Shown in pieces: positions 14,189 through 27,500 of a stretch of 64,000 nucleotides of DNA; the stretch's first letter is position 1, and every line of letters starts with the position of its first letter. Made by a program: the position numbers and the translations under genes. Source of the DNA: Malacoraja senta (taxonomy: Eukaryota); NCBI GenBank assembly GCA_038087875.1, contig CM075997.1:3410001-3474000 (forward strand), in the 5' to 3' direction. Under the pieces are notes generated by a model. It searched no databases. It was not told where the DNA came from and saw only the letters and a program-made list of their open reading frames with translations.

Positions 14189-14522
14189 TCTCCACCACAT
14201 TCTAATCATAACTATACATCACATTACTTCAATTCCACATGTGATTTCCAAACCCTGTGATGACACCCAATGTCAACTCCTAACGCCAGTACTGAACGTG
14301 TCAGCTTTCCAGTCATGTCCAAATAAAAACAATGACATTTTGCAAATGTTTCCACGAGTGGGAGAGTCTAGGACTAGAAGTCATAGCCTCAGAATTAACG
14401 GACATTCCTTTCGGGAGGAGATGTGGAGAAGTTTTTTTAGTCAGAGGGTGGTGAATCTGTGGAATTCTTTGACGCAGAAGGCTGTGGAGGCCAAGTCAAT
14501 GGATATTTTTAAGGCAGAGATA

Positions 14523-15088
14523 CAGTGCCCTCCATAAGTTTGGGACAAAGACCTATTGTTTATTTATTTGCCTCTGTACTCCACAATTTGAGATTTGTAA
14601 TAGAAAAAAATCACATGTGGTTAAAGTGCACTTGTCAGATTTTAATAAAGGCCATTTTTACACATTTTGATTTCACCATGTAGAAATTACATGGCCATCC
14701 TATTTTTACGGCTAACCAGTGGTTTGCATCATGCAGTGTAGCCTCTGTATTTCTGTTCATGAAGTCTTCTGCAGACAGTGGTCATTGACAAATCCACACC
14801 TGACTCCTAAAGAGTGCTTCTGATCTACCGGACAGGTGTTTGGGGATTTTTGGTCCTCATGTTGATAAACAGCAATAAAAGTTTCCAAAGGTGATGGAAA
14901 GACTGGAGGAAAGACAGCTGTAATTTCTACATGGTGAAACCAAAATGTATAAAAATGGCCTTTAATAAAATCTGACAATGTGGGCTTTAACCACATGTGA
15001 TTTCTTCTATTACAAATCTCAAATTATGGAATGCAGAGGCAAATAAATAAATTATGGGCCTTTGTCCCAAACATTATGGAGGGCACTG
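14523..15088. mobile_element. Internally deleted Tc1/mariner transposon with long TIRs, TA TSD, inserted in a CR1 3' end (14345-14522 / 15089-15235)
   Basis: TA|CAGTGCCCTCCATAA...TTATGGAGGGCACTG|TA; about 170-bp inverted arms; CR1 text resumes on both sides. Confidence 0.92.
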
Positions 15089-15451
15089 TAGATCGATTCT
15101 TGATTAGTACGAGTGTCAGGGGGTTATGGGGAGAAGGCTGGAAAATGGGGTTAGGAGGGAGAGATAGATCAGCCATGATTGAATGGCAGAGTAGACTTGA
15201 TGGCCTAATTCTGTTACTATCACTTATGGCCTTATGAGGTTATTATCAGGTGCTTGACTGGGCCACTGCTATATTTCCGAGCTGTCAAAAATTTATATGC
15301 TAGGTCTGTCAACAAATTTTATTCTGGATGACTAGCAGCAACAGGGATTTTAACTCTGATATTCTGCGGTATAGCCCCGTTTATATCTCAACTTGATGGA
15401 TGACTTTGGAAGTTTATATGCATGTAACCAGCAATCACAGCATTAAGGGTA

Positions 15452-15619
15452 GATAAACACAAAATGGTGGAGTAACTCAGTGAGACAGGCCACATGGTTT
15501 CAGGACGAGACTAATTCTTCAGTCTTGACCCCTCTCCAGAGATACTGCCTGTCCCACTGAGTTACTCCAGCATTTTGTGACTATCTTCAGTTTAAACCAG
15601 CATCTGCAGTTCATCCCTA
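15452..15619. mobile_element. Internally deleted palindromic Penelope pLTR-derived unit, 16-bp TSD
   Basis: TSD CACAGCATTAAGGGTA at 15436-15451 and 15620-15635. Confidence 0.75.
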
Positions 15620-15873
15620 CACAGCATTAAGGGTAAAGCAATGTCCATCAGTACTGTTACAATCCATGCACATAAGCGCCTACAGAAAATATACAAAAAT
15701 ATTCTATCTCTTTCACTGAAGTTAGTTGTGTTAATGGAAAAATCATGTTACATTTTTAACTTAAACTGCAATCCCTACAAATATACCAGGACTATACATA
15801 AAAAAGAACTTATCACTGTGCATCCGACCTGAATTTCAGGAAATGTGGCAGCCTTATGACAGAAAAAAAGCAT

Positions 15874-15879
15874 TTTATT
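15874..15879 (-). terminator. Candidate polyadenylation signal (AATAAA) for ZC3H4; another at about 16894-16899
   Basis: Minus-strand AATAAA at the end of a roughly 1.1 kb repeat-free AT-rich 3' UTR-like stretch. Confidence 0.4.
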
Positions 15880-17008
15880 TTCATCAAACAGATTATTCTA
15901 CACTAATCCATCAGTCTCTGATTCTTTAGTGCCAAAACCGCAGGTACAAACAGACCTAGAATTATGAAAGCTTGACTTTTTCTTTGCTTTTTGTACACAT
16001 TTACCAGGTAAAGATATTAAAACAAAAGTAAACAAAACAGCACCTTGTGTACGATTTCTCCACAGAAGAAATTCTTCAATATAAAGATATTTGGGACTAT
16101 ATCATGGATAGTGGAATTCTTAAGTTAAGAAAACCATGGTGAGTTGGAAGACATACATGTCCAGATTGGGCATGTTCTCGGAATGAAAAACAGTGGCTTG
16201 TTCATAGTAGTTTCCAGCAAGCAGGTAACAGGAGGTGCTTTTTTTCTAAACATTTTTTTAAATGAAAAAGATTCTCGGTCCCTTAGTGTGGCGTATGTAC
16301 AAATGTGTGTATTTTTAAAATACATGTTCACAACATTCAACATTTCTAGCATGGTTTTTGGTTAAATCTAGGAAGTTTTATACCCTTACACATGTCATGT
16401 TTAATGGCCACCTGCCTCACAATGGGGAAGTCTGGTAATATAGAGGTTACACAATATAATCCAGCCTCAGCCCTCTCCATCTGAATAATCTCGTAGGAAA
16501 GAGTAAATTCAGGAATCCACAGAACAAGATACTTAGCTAATTCATTATGTCACTACAACAAACACACCATTCAACTTATATCGTATTACATCCACTTTCA
16601 AGATCAATTACACACTTCTACATATAATTAATATGAACATTTCCAAAAGGCTGTGTCCTGCCAAAGAAAAATTCATGCCTTTGTGAATTTTCCAGCATTA
16701 GTAGGAACTCCGTATCTTGTCACAGACAAGCTCTTTGCACGGGCCACTTTCATCAGACAGACCAACTCGTTGTTTAGACAGAATGCATTAGAGCCAATAA
16801 CTGCTGGAATCACATTGGATTCAGATAATGGTCTCAGCTAAACTAAAGTTCGGTTTGGCGATTTTGATCACCTGGCTTCTAAGCATATTCACATTTATTA
16901 CCGTATTAAATTACAAAGTTAAAGAATATGATAAAATGTTGCCCAACACTGCGTCCAGCCCCTGCTGCGCGGTTAAATAAACAAGGTTAATGCAGCATTC
17001 AATGTCCT

Positions 17009-18504
17009 TTACTGACAAAAGGGTGACGCAGTGGGATCGAACCCTTTAAAAACTTCCTTCAACGAGGTTGCATCTTGCTCATTCTCCTCAAGAGGACTGT
17101 TCCCACCAAAAGGGCTGCCTGAGCCAGATTTACTGGCCTGTTTCACCTCAGAGAACTGTGGGTGAACCAATCCAAAGAGAGACGGCACTGGGAGGCTGTG
17201 TACTCCCGTTTGACCCGTCTCCGGTGTGGAGGCAGCAGAAGCGGCAGACTTTGGCCTGGGTCTGTTGTAACTATTATATCGGCCTGCGGGAGTGTCTGAA
17301 CTTGATTTCTCATTTTCCAGTTGTTCCAATGTCGATTTTCTTACAAACAACGGTTCTTTTTGTCTGGTTGTACCTTTTGGGACATCCGACCCTTTAGGCT
17401 GAATGTTGTTACCTTCACTGGAAGACTCTGTATTTTTAACATTTCCACTGTGGTTGCTTGGAGTTCTTGGATCATATAAACTGATGCCACTTAGCATAGT
17501 GCTCTGCCCTCCACCTCTGCTCTGGCCACCAGCAGTAACCACCCTGGGATCATACGGTGCAAGACCGCCACCCACATCCTTCAACGCAGGGCCAGCCGGG
17601 GGGTCAATTTGCTCGGAGGGCTTTCCTGATTGGGGGTTGGAGGTTTGGAGTCCACCAGTGGACTTCTGCAGTCTAGGATCTGCAGGTATCTTTCGCATCC
17701 TGGGATCAGAAGGCTTGTCATTTTGCCCAGTCACCTTAGTTGCTGATGCGTCAACAGTCTTCAGTATTCTTGAAAGCAATCCAATATCTGGAAGGGCAGA
17801 CATTGGTGCTGGCTGTGGGGGCTCTGCTGCCGAGTCAGGAACGCGCTGCCTGGGATCTGAAGGCGCAGCTTGTGGAGAACGGTTCAGTCTGGGGTCCAAT
17901 GCAGGGAAGGGTGCAGGGACAGCAACAGGATCTGGCTTCGGAATGGGTAGTGGGATCAAATCCTCTGGGCTCCACAAGATACTTTTAGCAAAATGAGGCT
18001 TTCCAAGAGAGATGTCCATTTTAATGTGGCTAAACTGTTTAAGCTGAGATCTGGGATCTCGGAGTGAGGAACCAGGCAGGGGATCAAGAGGAATAGTCAC
18101 TACCTTTTCCCTCAGGATCCTCTCTCCTTCTTCCTCATTGATAACCGCTTGAGATTTTGCACCGCTGGGGAGAGTTTGAAGAACAGCTTCTGCTTTAGGT
18201 ATAGTTATCGTTCTGCTTTCTGCAGCAGCTGTCTCAGATCCAGAGCTCCCCAAGGTGTTCTCTGTGCTTCGAGATAGCCTGGGGTCCCGTGAGATCCGAG
18301 GGTCCACTGGTCGATTTGCATTCTGCGTCCTCTCCTTTTTTAGGCGTGGATCAGCAGAACTCTGACTGCTACCATTCTTGTTTTGTGCCGTCCATTGTCC
18401 TTGCACCTGTGGTTTTTTAGCAGACTGCTGACGGAGTGTTTTTAATATGTAGCTCATACTACTTCCGCCTTCGTCTTCATCACTCGAGTACCAATTATCA
18501 CCAC
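17009..18504 (-). CDS. ZC3H4: ZC3H4 last coding exon with 10 DPR motifs and terminal [11 protein letters not shown]
   Basis: ORF 17009-18517; ttatag| acceptor; [13 protein letters not shown] motif; TAA at 17009-17011. Confidence 0.97.
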
Positions 18505-21500
18505 CTATAAAACACACAGCAGATTACTTTATACTGCAAGGCTTATCTTAATTTGATGTGCAATAACTACACTTAAATTTTAAAAAAGTGCACAGGCTTC
18601 TCACTTACTGTGATTTACATATTTCTTGATCAGTATGGGTGTCAGGGGTTATGCGGAGAAGGCAGGAGAATGGGGTTAGGAGGGAGAGATAGGTCAGCCA
18701 TGATTGAATGGCAGAGTAGACCTGATGAGCCGAATTGCCTAATTCTGCTCCTATCACTTATGACTTTATTACCCAACACCCATTTTCTCTACACTTCTGC
18801 ACCCAGTCAAACAATCAGTGTGAAACCGCAAAATAGGGAGTGCTTTGTGACACGTCTATCAGAAAACAGATATTAAAGAAAAAGTATTGGTACACTGTTA
18901 CGTCCTAGAAATTATTACAAGAAGTTAGATGTTCAAGTTGGAGGAAAGTAAATGTTGACCAATAACAGGAAGATCTCCATTCATACAGTATTAACTGTGT
19001 GGGTCGGATTTTTAAACTGCTCTTACAAATGGTTGGTTATTATAATGGTGAAGGAAGAGGAGAGAGATTAATGAAGTAAATATTTTGTTTCCTCCATGAA
19101 TGTCTTGGAAAAACATGAACGTAATAATGTTCCTGTTGCCCTGAATGGGGCACAAAGTGGTGCAATAGTCTCAGTTGCAACGTGTACCACTGCACATCTT
19201 AGAGCTGACATAAATAATCAAGATGTCTATTGCCTTTAAGTTGGATTTCAATTTTGATTATTTGTTGCACAAATTAAGCATCGATCGGAAAACAGTAGGT
19301 CCCGTTTGCTTTGCACGATGCATGGCATAGTCATAGTATGCAGAATAAACGTTCAAATATTGCGGGCATCACCCCACACAATACTCAAGGATGATTGGGA
19401 AAAAATATATATCCTTACTTGTTTCTCTAATTCCGGCTTAAAATGGGATATTAAAAAAATATTAGTTTCACAAACTTCACAATATATGAGGCTAACTTGC
19501 CCTCCTCATTGTCCTTTTCCTGCTGACTGCTGTCTGCCCTCCTCTTTGCCTTCTCCTCCTCTTCCTGTTGCTTTTGCTGAATACGCAAGAAGAGCGCTCG
19601 TTGGGCTGCAGGAAGGAAGTCAGGGATGTTTGCTGTTGTCTTCTGACCGGAAGGGGCACCTTCATTCTCCTCGGCCTCCAGTTCATCAATCTGTTGTAGC
19701 AGAACTTGCTGGTTATCTCCTTCATCCAGCTCTTCATTATTCCCTGGCACACAAGTAATAAAAGGCATTGAAGTGAGAGGTTTACTCTTGTGATATACTC
19801 ACACATTCACCAACATTTCTGCAATATTAAAGAGTTTGTTTTATTTTGAAGAAACATTAAGGTTACATTTGGTGAAATGTATGAGAATTATCAATATATA
19901 AGGACACACAGACAAGGTCATCCTCTAATTTAGTTTCACAACAGTTCAGACGTTGACAATTTGGACCCCTTTTTCATTCTTTTCGTCATTCTTTTTCACA
20001 GGATAATAAATCCAAATAAATTAAAGATCCAAAACTATCCCGAATACACCAAATCTTCAGCCTGGTATTAATTGAGGCGACCATTCTGTTTCTATTCTTG
20101 GTAGCACGTGGCACTGGATAGTTAATCCTGAAATCGCTGTCATGAGGTCCTTTATAAAAATATTTACCCTTGAAGAACCTTTCTAATGCTCCAATATGGA
20201 TGACAATCCAATATCTTGAAACAATGTCCATTCAAGATTGTTAGTTAACGATACTGTTACCTAGCAGCAGCACCAAGAAAATAACTGAAAACTGAGAATT
20301 GGAAATATCCTTCAATGCCCTAACTTTTAAATATCTTGTAACTACTACACTTATATTACCTTTTCTTCTGTGTGCAATCTGTAGTGATGCCAGGGTTGGA
20401 GATTCAATCTTAGTGCATTTCTCCACCATCTCAGCTATAAAAAATGACTACTACAATGGTCTACATCCAGTGCTGGTCTGGGTAAGATTACAGAACTAGT
20501 GCACGATACCCAATTGATAACTAAGATATGAAGATTTACAGTATTCTCTCTTGCAATATTTGACTCTAGTCTGAAAGACTTTTGACATTTTTTTTAAAAG
20601 AAACAGCCATCTCAGACCATTGCCATATTCCAAAATGAGAAACTTTTGCAGAGATTGAACTTAGTTCTGATGGTCTATCACGGACACAACCACTAACGTC
20701 ATACAAACTGGGAATAATCTCACTCAAGGATAATAAAATAGCTCAATATGTAAGGAAACCCATCACTGTTCCATGATAGATGGAAGATGTTCTAAAACTG
20801 TAAGTATTGTACATGTTTATGATGCAAATGAACAACAATTTGCATATAGTGCCATAAGCCCTTGCTGACCAGTAGTAAACGATTAGTTGTCACCTTCCTC
20901 AACGTACCAGTCATCCAGTGACCGTATTCTTAAAAACCTTGGTGACTTATTTAGGCTGTCTGAAAATGTTTAAAGTAGCATTCATCATATTCATTTACTT
21001 AATTAAATCTTTGTTTGTTTCTTGAATGGACAGATACCACTCCTGGTGAAAACAGAATAAATTGCTCTGAAGTGGTTGATAATCTGTGATGTACTTTTAA
21101 GATTTTTGTAACATTTTCTATTTGCACGTTTTGATTTTAGATTTTTATGGGAAAGGACACTTGCAAGAATTGAATGCAGTGTGTGGTGGTGAATGGGTAA
21201 AGGTATGTATATTGGTGATGTTTTACCTTCTTCTCCATTTGGACCAGAGTCCATTGGCATTCCCTGCTGTTGATAATAGCCGTCATAGAAATTGGGTGCA
21301 GAAGGAATAGGTGGCATCATTCCTGGATCTCCTTGCATGAATGGTGGTACTGGTGGGCCCGGTCCTGCTTGTGGTCCTGGGTTCATTCCAGGCCCTCCTG
21401 GGATCTCTTCTGGACCAGGGCCTGGCATGGGTCCAGGCATTGGGCCTGGCATGGGACCTGATCCAGGTCCAATACCAGGCCCAGATCCTGGACCTATGGG

Positions 21501-24500
21501 AGGCCCTGATGGTCCAGGAGGTCCCGGAGGCCCTGGGAACCTAGGAGGCGGTGGCGGGAACCGTGGCCTACTTGGAAAAAGAACACTTGAATTTATTCTC
21601 AAACACATGCTTGGTTTTCAAACTACTCAAACAAAATTTAGGAACATTAGCATTACTTCCGTTTCAAAACAAATCATAGTTGCATTGGATTGTGTGAATT
21701 CATCTGAAGAAGGGTCTCGACCCGAAACATCACCCATTCCTTCTCTCCAGACATGCTGCCTCACCCGCTGAGTTACGCCAGCATTTTATGTCTACCTTCG
21801 ATTTAAACCAGCATCTGCAGTTCTTTCTAACTCATCACAATCTAACATTGGGGGAAGTCTTTTAGAACCGAGGGGGAAGTCTTTTAGGACCGAGATAAGA
21901 ATTTTTTTTTCCACACAGAGAGTGGTGAATCTGTGGAATTCTCTGCCACAGAGGGTGGTTGAGGCCAGTTCATTGGCTATATGTATAAGAGGGAATTAGA
22001 TGGGGCCCTTGTGGCTAAAGGGATCAGGGGGTATGGAGAGAAGGCAGGTACAGGATACTGAGTTGGATGATCAGCCATGATCATATTGAATGGCGGTGCA
22101 GGCTCGATGGGGTGAATGGCCTACTCCTGCACCTATTTTCTATGTTTCTATGTAACATGTATTCATTTTATTTGAAGACAGTTTCATTGGTATCACCGTG
22201 GAGCAACCATGGAGAGGAAAGCCACAAGGAGGACTCAGGAGATGTTATAAACTTCAGCAAAGCAAAATAAAAGCTCCCCTGGTCTCACTTGATATTGGGA
22301 GAATCTTTTTCAAGAAATCTTCTGTTTAAAATAAAACCTATTCACGAATCTCAAACTTTTAATGTTCTCTAAAATAGGTGACAGTTCAGTTTACTGTCAC
22401 GTGTACCGAAGTACAGTGAAAAGCTTTGGTTGCCTGCCAACCAGTCAGTGGAAAGACAATACATGATAGACTGGATTGTAATGGAGAAAGAGGATTGCTC
22501 CTCTAGAAACATTGGAGCGATCCTCCTCTCTCCAATGAAATTGAATAACATAAACTATAATAAGAACCCAATTATTCATAGTACAATCCGTATTTGGAAA
22601 CAAATAAAACAAAATTTAAAATTAAGAAACTTATCACTTTTATTACCTATAGTCAATAACCCTTCGTTTAGTCCTTCTATTATAGATAAAGCTTATACAC
22701 AATGGGATAGACTAGGAATTAAAACGCTTGGTGACTTGTATGAAACTGGAAAATTACTTTCATTTCAACAATTACAAATAAAATATAAACTCGGAAATAA
22801 TCAATATTTTAAATACTTTCAAATATGCGACTATTTGAAAAAATATACAAAAGATCATCATAATAACCCAGCAGATGCACTGGACGAGGCAATGCAGATA
22901 AAAGCGGAATCAGCAAACTTAATATCATATTTGTACAATATTATCTTAAATGCACAAATACCATCTACGGAGGGTATCAGAAGAGACTGGGAACAAGAGT
23001 TAGCTATTAAAATTTCAAAGGAAAGTTGGAATGAATACTTATTAAAAGTGCATAAATGCTCGATTAATGTAAGACACACTTTAATACAATTTAAAATTTT
23101 ACATAGATTATATTATTCAAAAACTAAAATTCATAAAATTTTCCCAAACGTATCATCTATGTGTGATAAATGTCAATCCCAAGAAGCAACTATAGCGCAC
23201 TCATTTGTCTTCTGTACAAAAATTCAAAAATTTTGGAATGAAATTTTTGAAATCTTTACAAAGTTATTTAAAACAAGACTGATACCCAAAGCAGAATGGA
23301 TTATCTTCGGAATAACGGAAGATGATCCAGAACTAAATGTGTTTCAAAAGAAATTAATGGATTATGGGTTAATAACTGGAAAAAAGCTAATTCTAAAATT
23401 TTAGAAGAAGGCTCCAATACCAACTATAAATATGTGGATTTCAAATATGTTTGAAACATTACACCTTGAAGAGATAAGACTCCTCCTAGCAGGTAAACCA
23501 GATCACTTCCACCTGACGTGGTCTGCATTTATAGAATTATTACAAACATAGGGTGCAAAAGTACTTTAAAAAAATAAAAAATTGAGGTCGGGTAAGGGGG
23601 GATGATAGTTGAAGAGTTGGTATGTCCTATTTACGTGATGCTCAAAAAAAAAAAACATTTGTTTCTCTTTTTTTCTCTTTCTCTTTTCTTTTCTTAGGGC
23701 CTATTTCTTAACTATTTTTCTTTTTGTTTTTAATTTCGCTCTTATAGGGTCTTCGTCCTTTTTTGTTGTTACATTTTCTACACTTTTCTACACTTGCACT
23801 TTTTCCTTCACTTTCTTCTCTCTTTCAATCTTTTCTTTCTCTAGTGTAAAAAAATAAATAAAGGGAGTACATTAATTGTAAGAAGATATAAATGACGAGT
23901 ATTAATGTATGTGGTTGTAATGTAATGTACTTCTAATAAATAAAAATTAAAAAAAAAAAAAAAAAAATGATTACAATCGAGCCATTTACAGTGTATAGAT
24001 ACATGATGACTCTGACAATGCCACGTCAATTTTTTAAAAGTAGAATTGATAAACCTATAGTATCATTTAAAATGTATAATTTCATATGATACCGACTACA
24101 AACAGCCTACAAACTACACCATTAAAAAAACATAAGGAAATGCCCTCCAAGGTCTCCAAAAGTTTGCAGTCTCTTTTAATTGAGTTCAACCCAACTTTCA
24201 GCCACAATTTTTAATCTCTTTCTTGGGAGCAACCAGTTGTCCTATTACAGCCAATGTATTTTGACCAACGAATTTGAAAATGTAATAACAGGAGCAGGCC
24301 ACTTCTTTGAGTGTGCTTTGCCATTCAATACGACCACAGCTAGGTTTTCTGTCTTATTACCATATGACCACACTCTCCCCATGTACTTTGATGCCTTTTG
24401 TGCTTAGATATCTGTTGATATCTTATTAAAATATTTTGAGCAACTTGGTTTTTAGTGCCTTACGGGATAAAAAAATTACACAAGATTAAAATTCTCCGAG

Positions 24501-27500
24501 TGAAGAAATTTTTCCTCACCCCAGTTCTAAATATCTTCAGTGCCCGGGTCCTCAACCGCACATCCACCCACTCAAGATCTGTCAGAATTTTGTATAATTT
24601 GATCTCTGGTGAATATGGACTTTGTTGACCTAATCTCTCTTTATACACAACTGGCCATCACAGGAAGCAATCTATCATTGTGCAGTCTATGGCAAGTATA
24701 TCCTATTTTAAGTATGAACACCAATATGAATACAATAACCATGTGTGGTCTCAGCAAAGCATCCAGTCTCTTGTTATCAAATCTTCTTGCAAACAAGGCT
24801 ACCAATACCTGTTGCCTTCTTAACTGCTTGCACCTGCACGTGACTAGTGCAACAGGACACCCAGATCCCTTTCTAATAAACATTTCCCAATCCGTCACCA
24901 TTTAAGTAATTGCCATTCTGCTTTTCCTACCAATGTGGTAAACTTCATATATCCACATTATCTTTCATCTTTGCATCTTAAAATTGTTTCTTGTGATTCC
25001 CTCATCCAGATTTTGAATAGCTGGGGTCAAGTATTGATCCCTGTGATACACCACAGCTGCCCATTTATTCCTTCTCTGTTTCTGGTCTGTCCATCAGTTT
25101 TCAATCCCTGTCCTTAATCATGCACCCTAACCTCTCAGGTTGGATCTAATGAAAGATCTGACAATCCAACTGCACCACACCCACTGTTTATCCCCTTTGC
25201 TATTCTGCCAGTCACATCTTCAAAAATCCAGTAAATTTGTCAAGCAATTTATTTTTCGTAATTCTACGCTGATTTTGTTTAATCCCACTGATATGACTTT
25301 AAGGGTCCTGTTATCACATGCGTCATGAAATACTCCAGCATTTACCCGACTTCTTAATTACAGAGAGGCATATGTTATGGGTGACAGAACTATTAACAAT
25401 CCCATCACACAAAATGGTTGGCTATCAAAGATCACTTTGAAAAAAGTTTAACTATACAAACAATTCAAAATAAAAATAAATTAATCATAGTGCTTACTTC
25501 ATTCCCATTTTATGCGCTAGGTGTGGGGTGGGCTGAACAACAATCTCAAAGAGAGATGGGATCTTCTTTTGACCAGGTAAACATGGAGGTCCAGGTGGTG
25601 GTGGGCCTGGAGGTGGAGGACCTGGTGGTGGGGGACCAGGTGGAGGACCAGGAGGACCAGGAGGCATTGGTCCCATCATTGGAGGTCGAGGAGCATTAGG
25701 AAGATTTGAAGGGGGCATTGAGGGTCGAGGAGGTGTAGGCAATAACCCTACTCCGGGTGGGGGTTTCGGTAAGGGCGTGATTCCTTGTTTCTTTAGTTCT
25801 TCCACTTCCTTTTCATCTTCCGCACCAGCTTCCGCCTCACTGGCTAACATCTGTTAGAAAAGATTAAATCCACAGTTGAATTATCAGTTCAAAGAATTAT
25901 AGAATAAATCAGCGCAGAACTTTTAAAAATCCTATAAAGCCAGTGACTTACTACTCCTTTCCCTTGCCTTTTCTTTTCTTTCCCTTTTAACTTTTCTAAC
26001 TCCAAGTAATCATTTCAAGCTCCATTTCAGGCAATGCTTTCTTGATTCCAAACTATTCTAAAGCTTGTTACTGGTTTGTTTGTGAACACTAAAAATCTGT
26101 TACCATTTTGCTCTTAATATACTGATATAATCTCAGATTGATTGACGAGGAATCAATTGATTGTCCAATCAATGCAGAGCAAATAATTTCATTTATGGAC
26201 CTCCAGGCTACCAGATATTGCTTGGGTTCAGGAGGCGTAATGATCACCCGTTTTAATCTGATTCTATGCAGACAATTGAAGCAGACATATGTGATCAGAT
26301 ATGCTTTCAGACTCCCGATTTGTTATCTATCATGCAATAAAATAATCTGTAGACAAAGTCTACAACCACAATTATAGCGAAACGTAGATGTAGCGAGCCC
26401 CCACTGGAACTGGAACTCAGAACGACAAGAGAAAAGTGGGATATAAAATCCTGGATTTCCTTTACCTTATCCAGTAGCTCTCGGGTTTCATCGGTTAGAT
26501 GTCTATGGGAAAACTTGCAATCATCTCCCTGGTAACAATTGCCAGTCGTATGATAGAACTTACATGGAAATTCATGTAAGAAATGTTAAGGGCAATAATA
26601 TTCATGATAAGACAACAGATCGTTCCAATAAAACAAGTTAAACCAAAAATGTACCAAACACTCCCTCAAGCAACTTGGGTTTCACCCTGACCGCTGCTGA
26701 TGTATGCAATCTACACATTCTCCCCATTTCCTTTCACATACCAAAGACATGCTTGTCATTCAGTTAATTGGCAACTGTAAACTGACAGTAAATATGTTAC
26801 AGGAGAATAAGTGGGGAAATGGGATTGGATTGAGATCCAGTACCAACTTGATGCACCAAAGAAATATCCCAATGAATCAATACAAAAATGTTTTCTCTGT
26901 TGAGAAATGTACAGTCTATTTGTTCAGCAACGATTGTAACTTGAATTTAGTGTGGCGGCTCAATATGAAACTCTGCTGTTTAAGACGGAGTTTTACAGAT
27001 ACAGTTGTATGCATCTGCAGGAATGTCAGCAGAAAGTTTTAGAGAGAAGTACAATAATCAAAATAAGACAAGAAAGCTCCATTTATGCAGCAAGTTCAAG
27101 AAACTGAACAGTTTTCAGACTTGATTGGAAAGGCCAGTGGAAACATGCTACTTATGTTCAAGCCAAATAAATATTTGCATGCTGAGAACTGTAAAATGAA
27201 CTAGGAAAGTGCGTTGACATGTCCCTGAATATAGCAAGCCAAAGGCATACATTTGTTTTTTTGAATGAGACACAGAAATATGAGCAGGGAGGTAGACACA
27301 AAATGCTGGAGTAACTCAGCGGGACAGGCAGCATCTTTGGAGAGAAGGAATGGGCGACGTTTAGAGTCGAGACCCTTCTTCAGACTTCAGTCTGAAGAAG
27401 GGTCTCGACCTGAAACGTCACCCATTCCTTCTCTCCAGGGATGCTGCCTGTCCCGCTGAGGTACTCCAGCATTTTGTTTCTACCTTTGATTTAAACCAGC

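Noticed and set aside
17068-17996. Plus-strand ORFs of 109 and 197 aa
   Set aside because: Antisense shadows of the ZC3H4 last exon; no independent evidence.
21292-21771. Collagen-like Gly/Pro ORF on the plus strand
   Set aside because: Antisense of the Gly/Pro-rich ZC3H4 exon running into a repeat; not a Gly-X-Y pattern.
22430-23404. 324-aa ORF as a host gene
   Set aside because: It is the ORF2 C-terminus of a truncated L1 with a poly-A tail.
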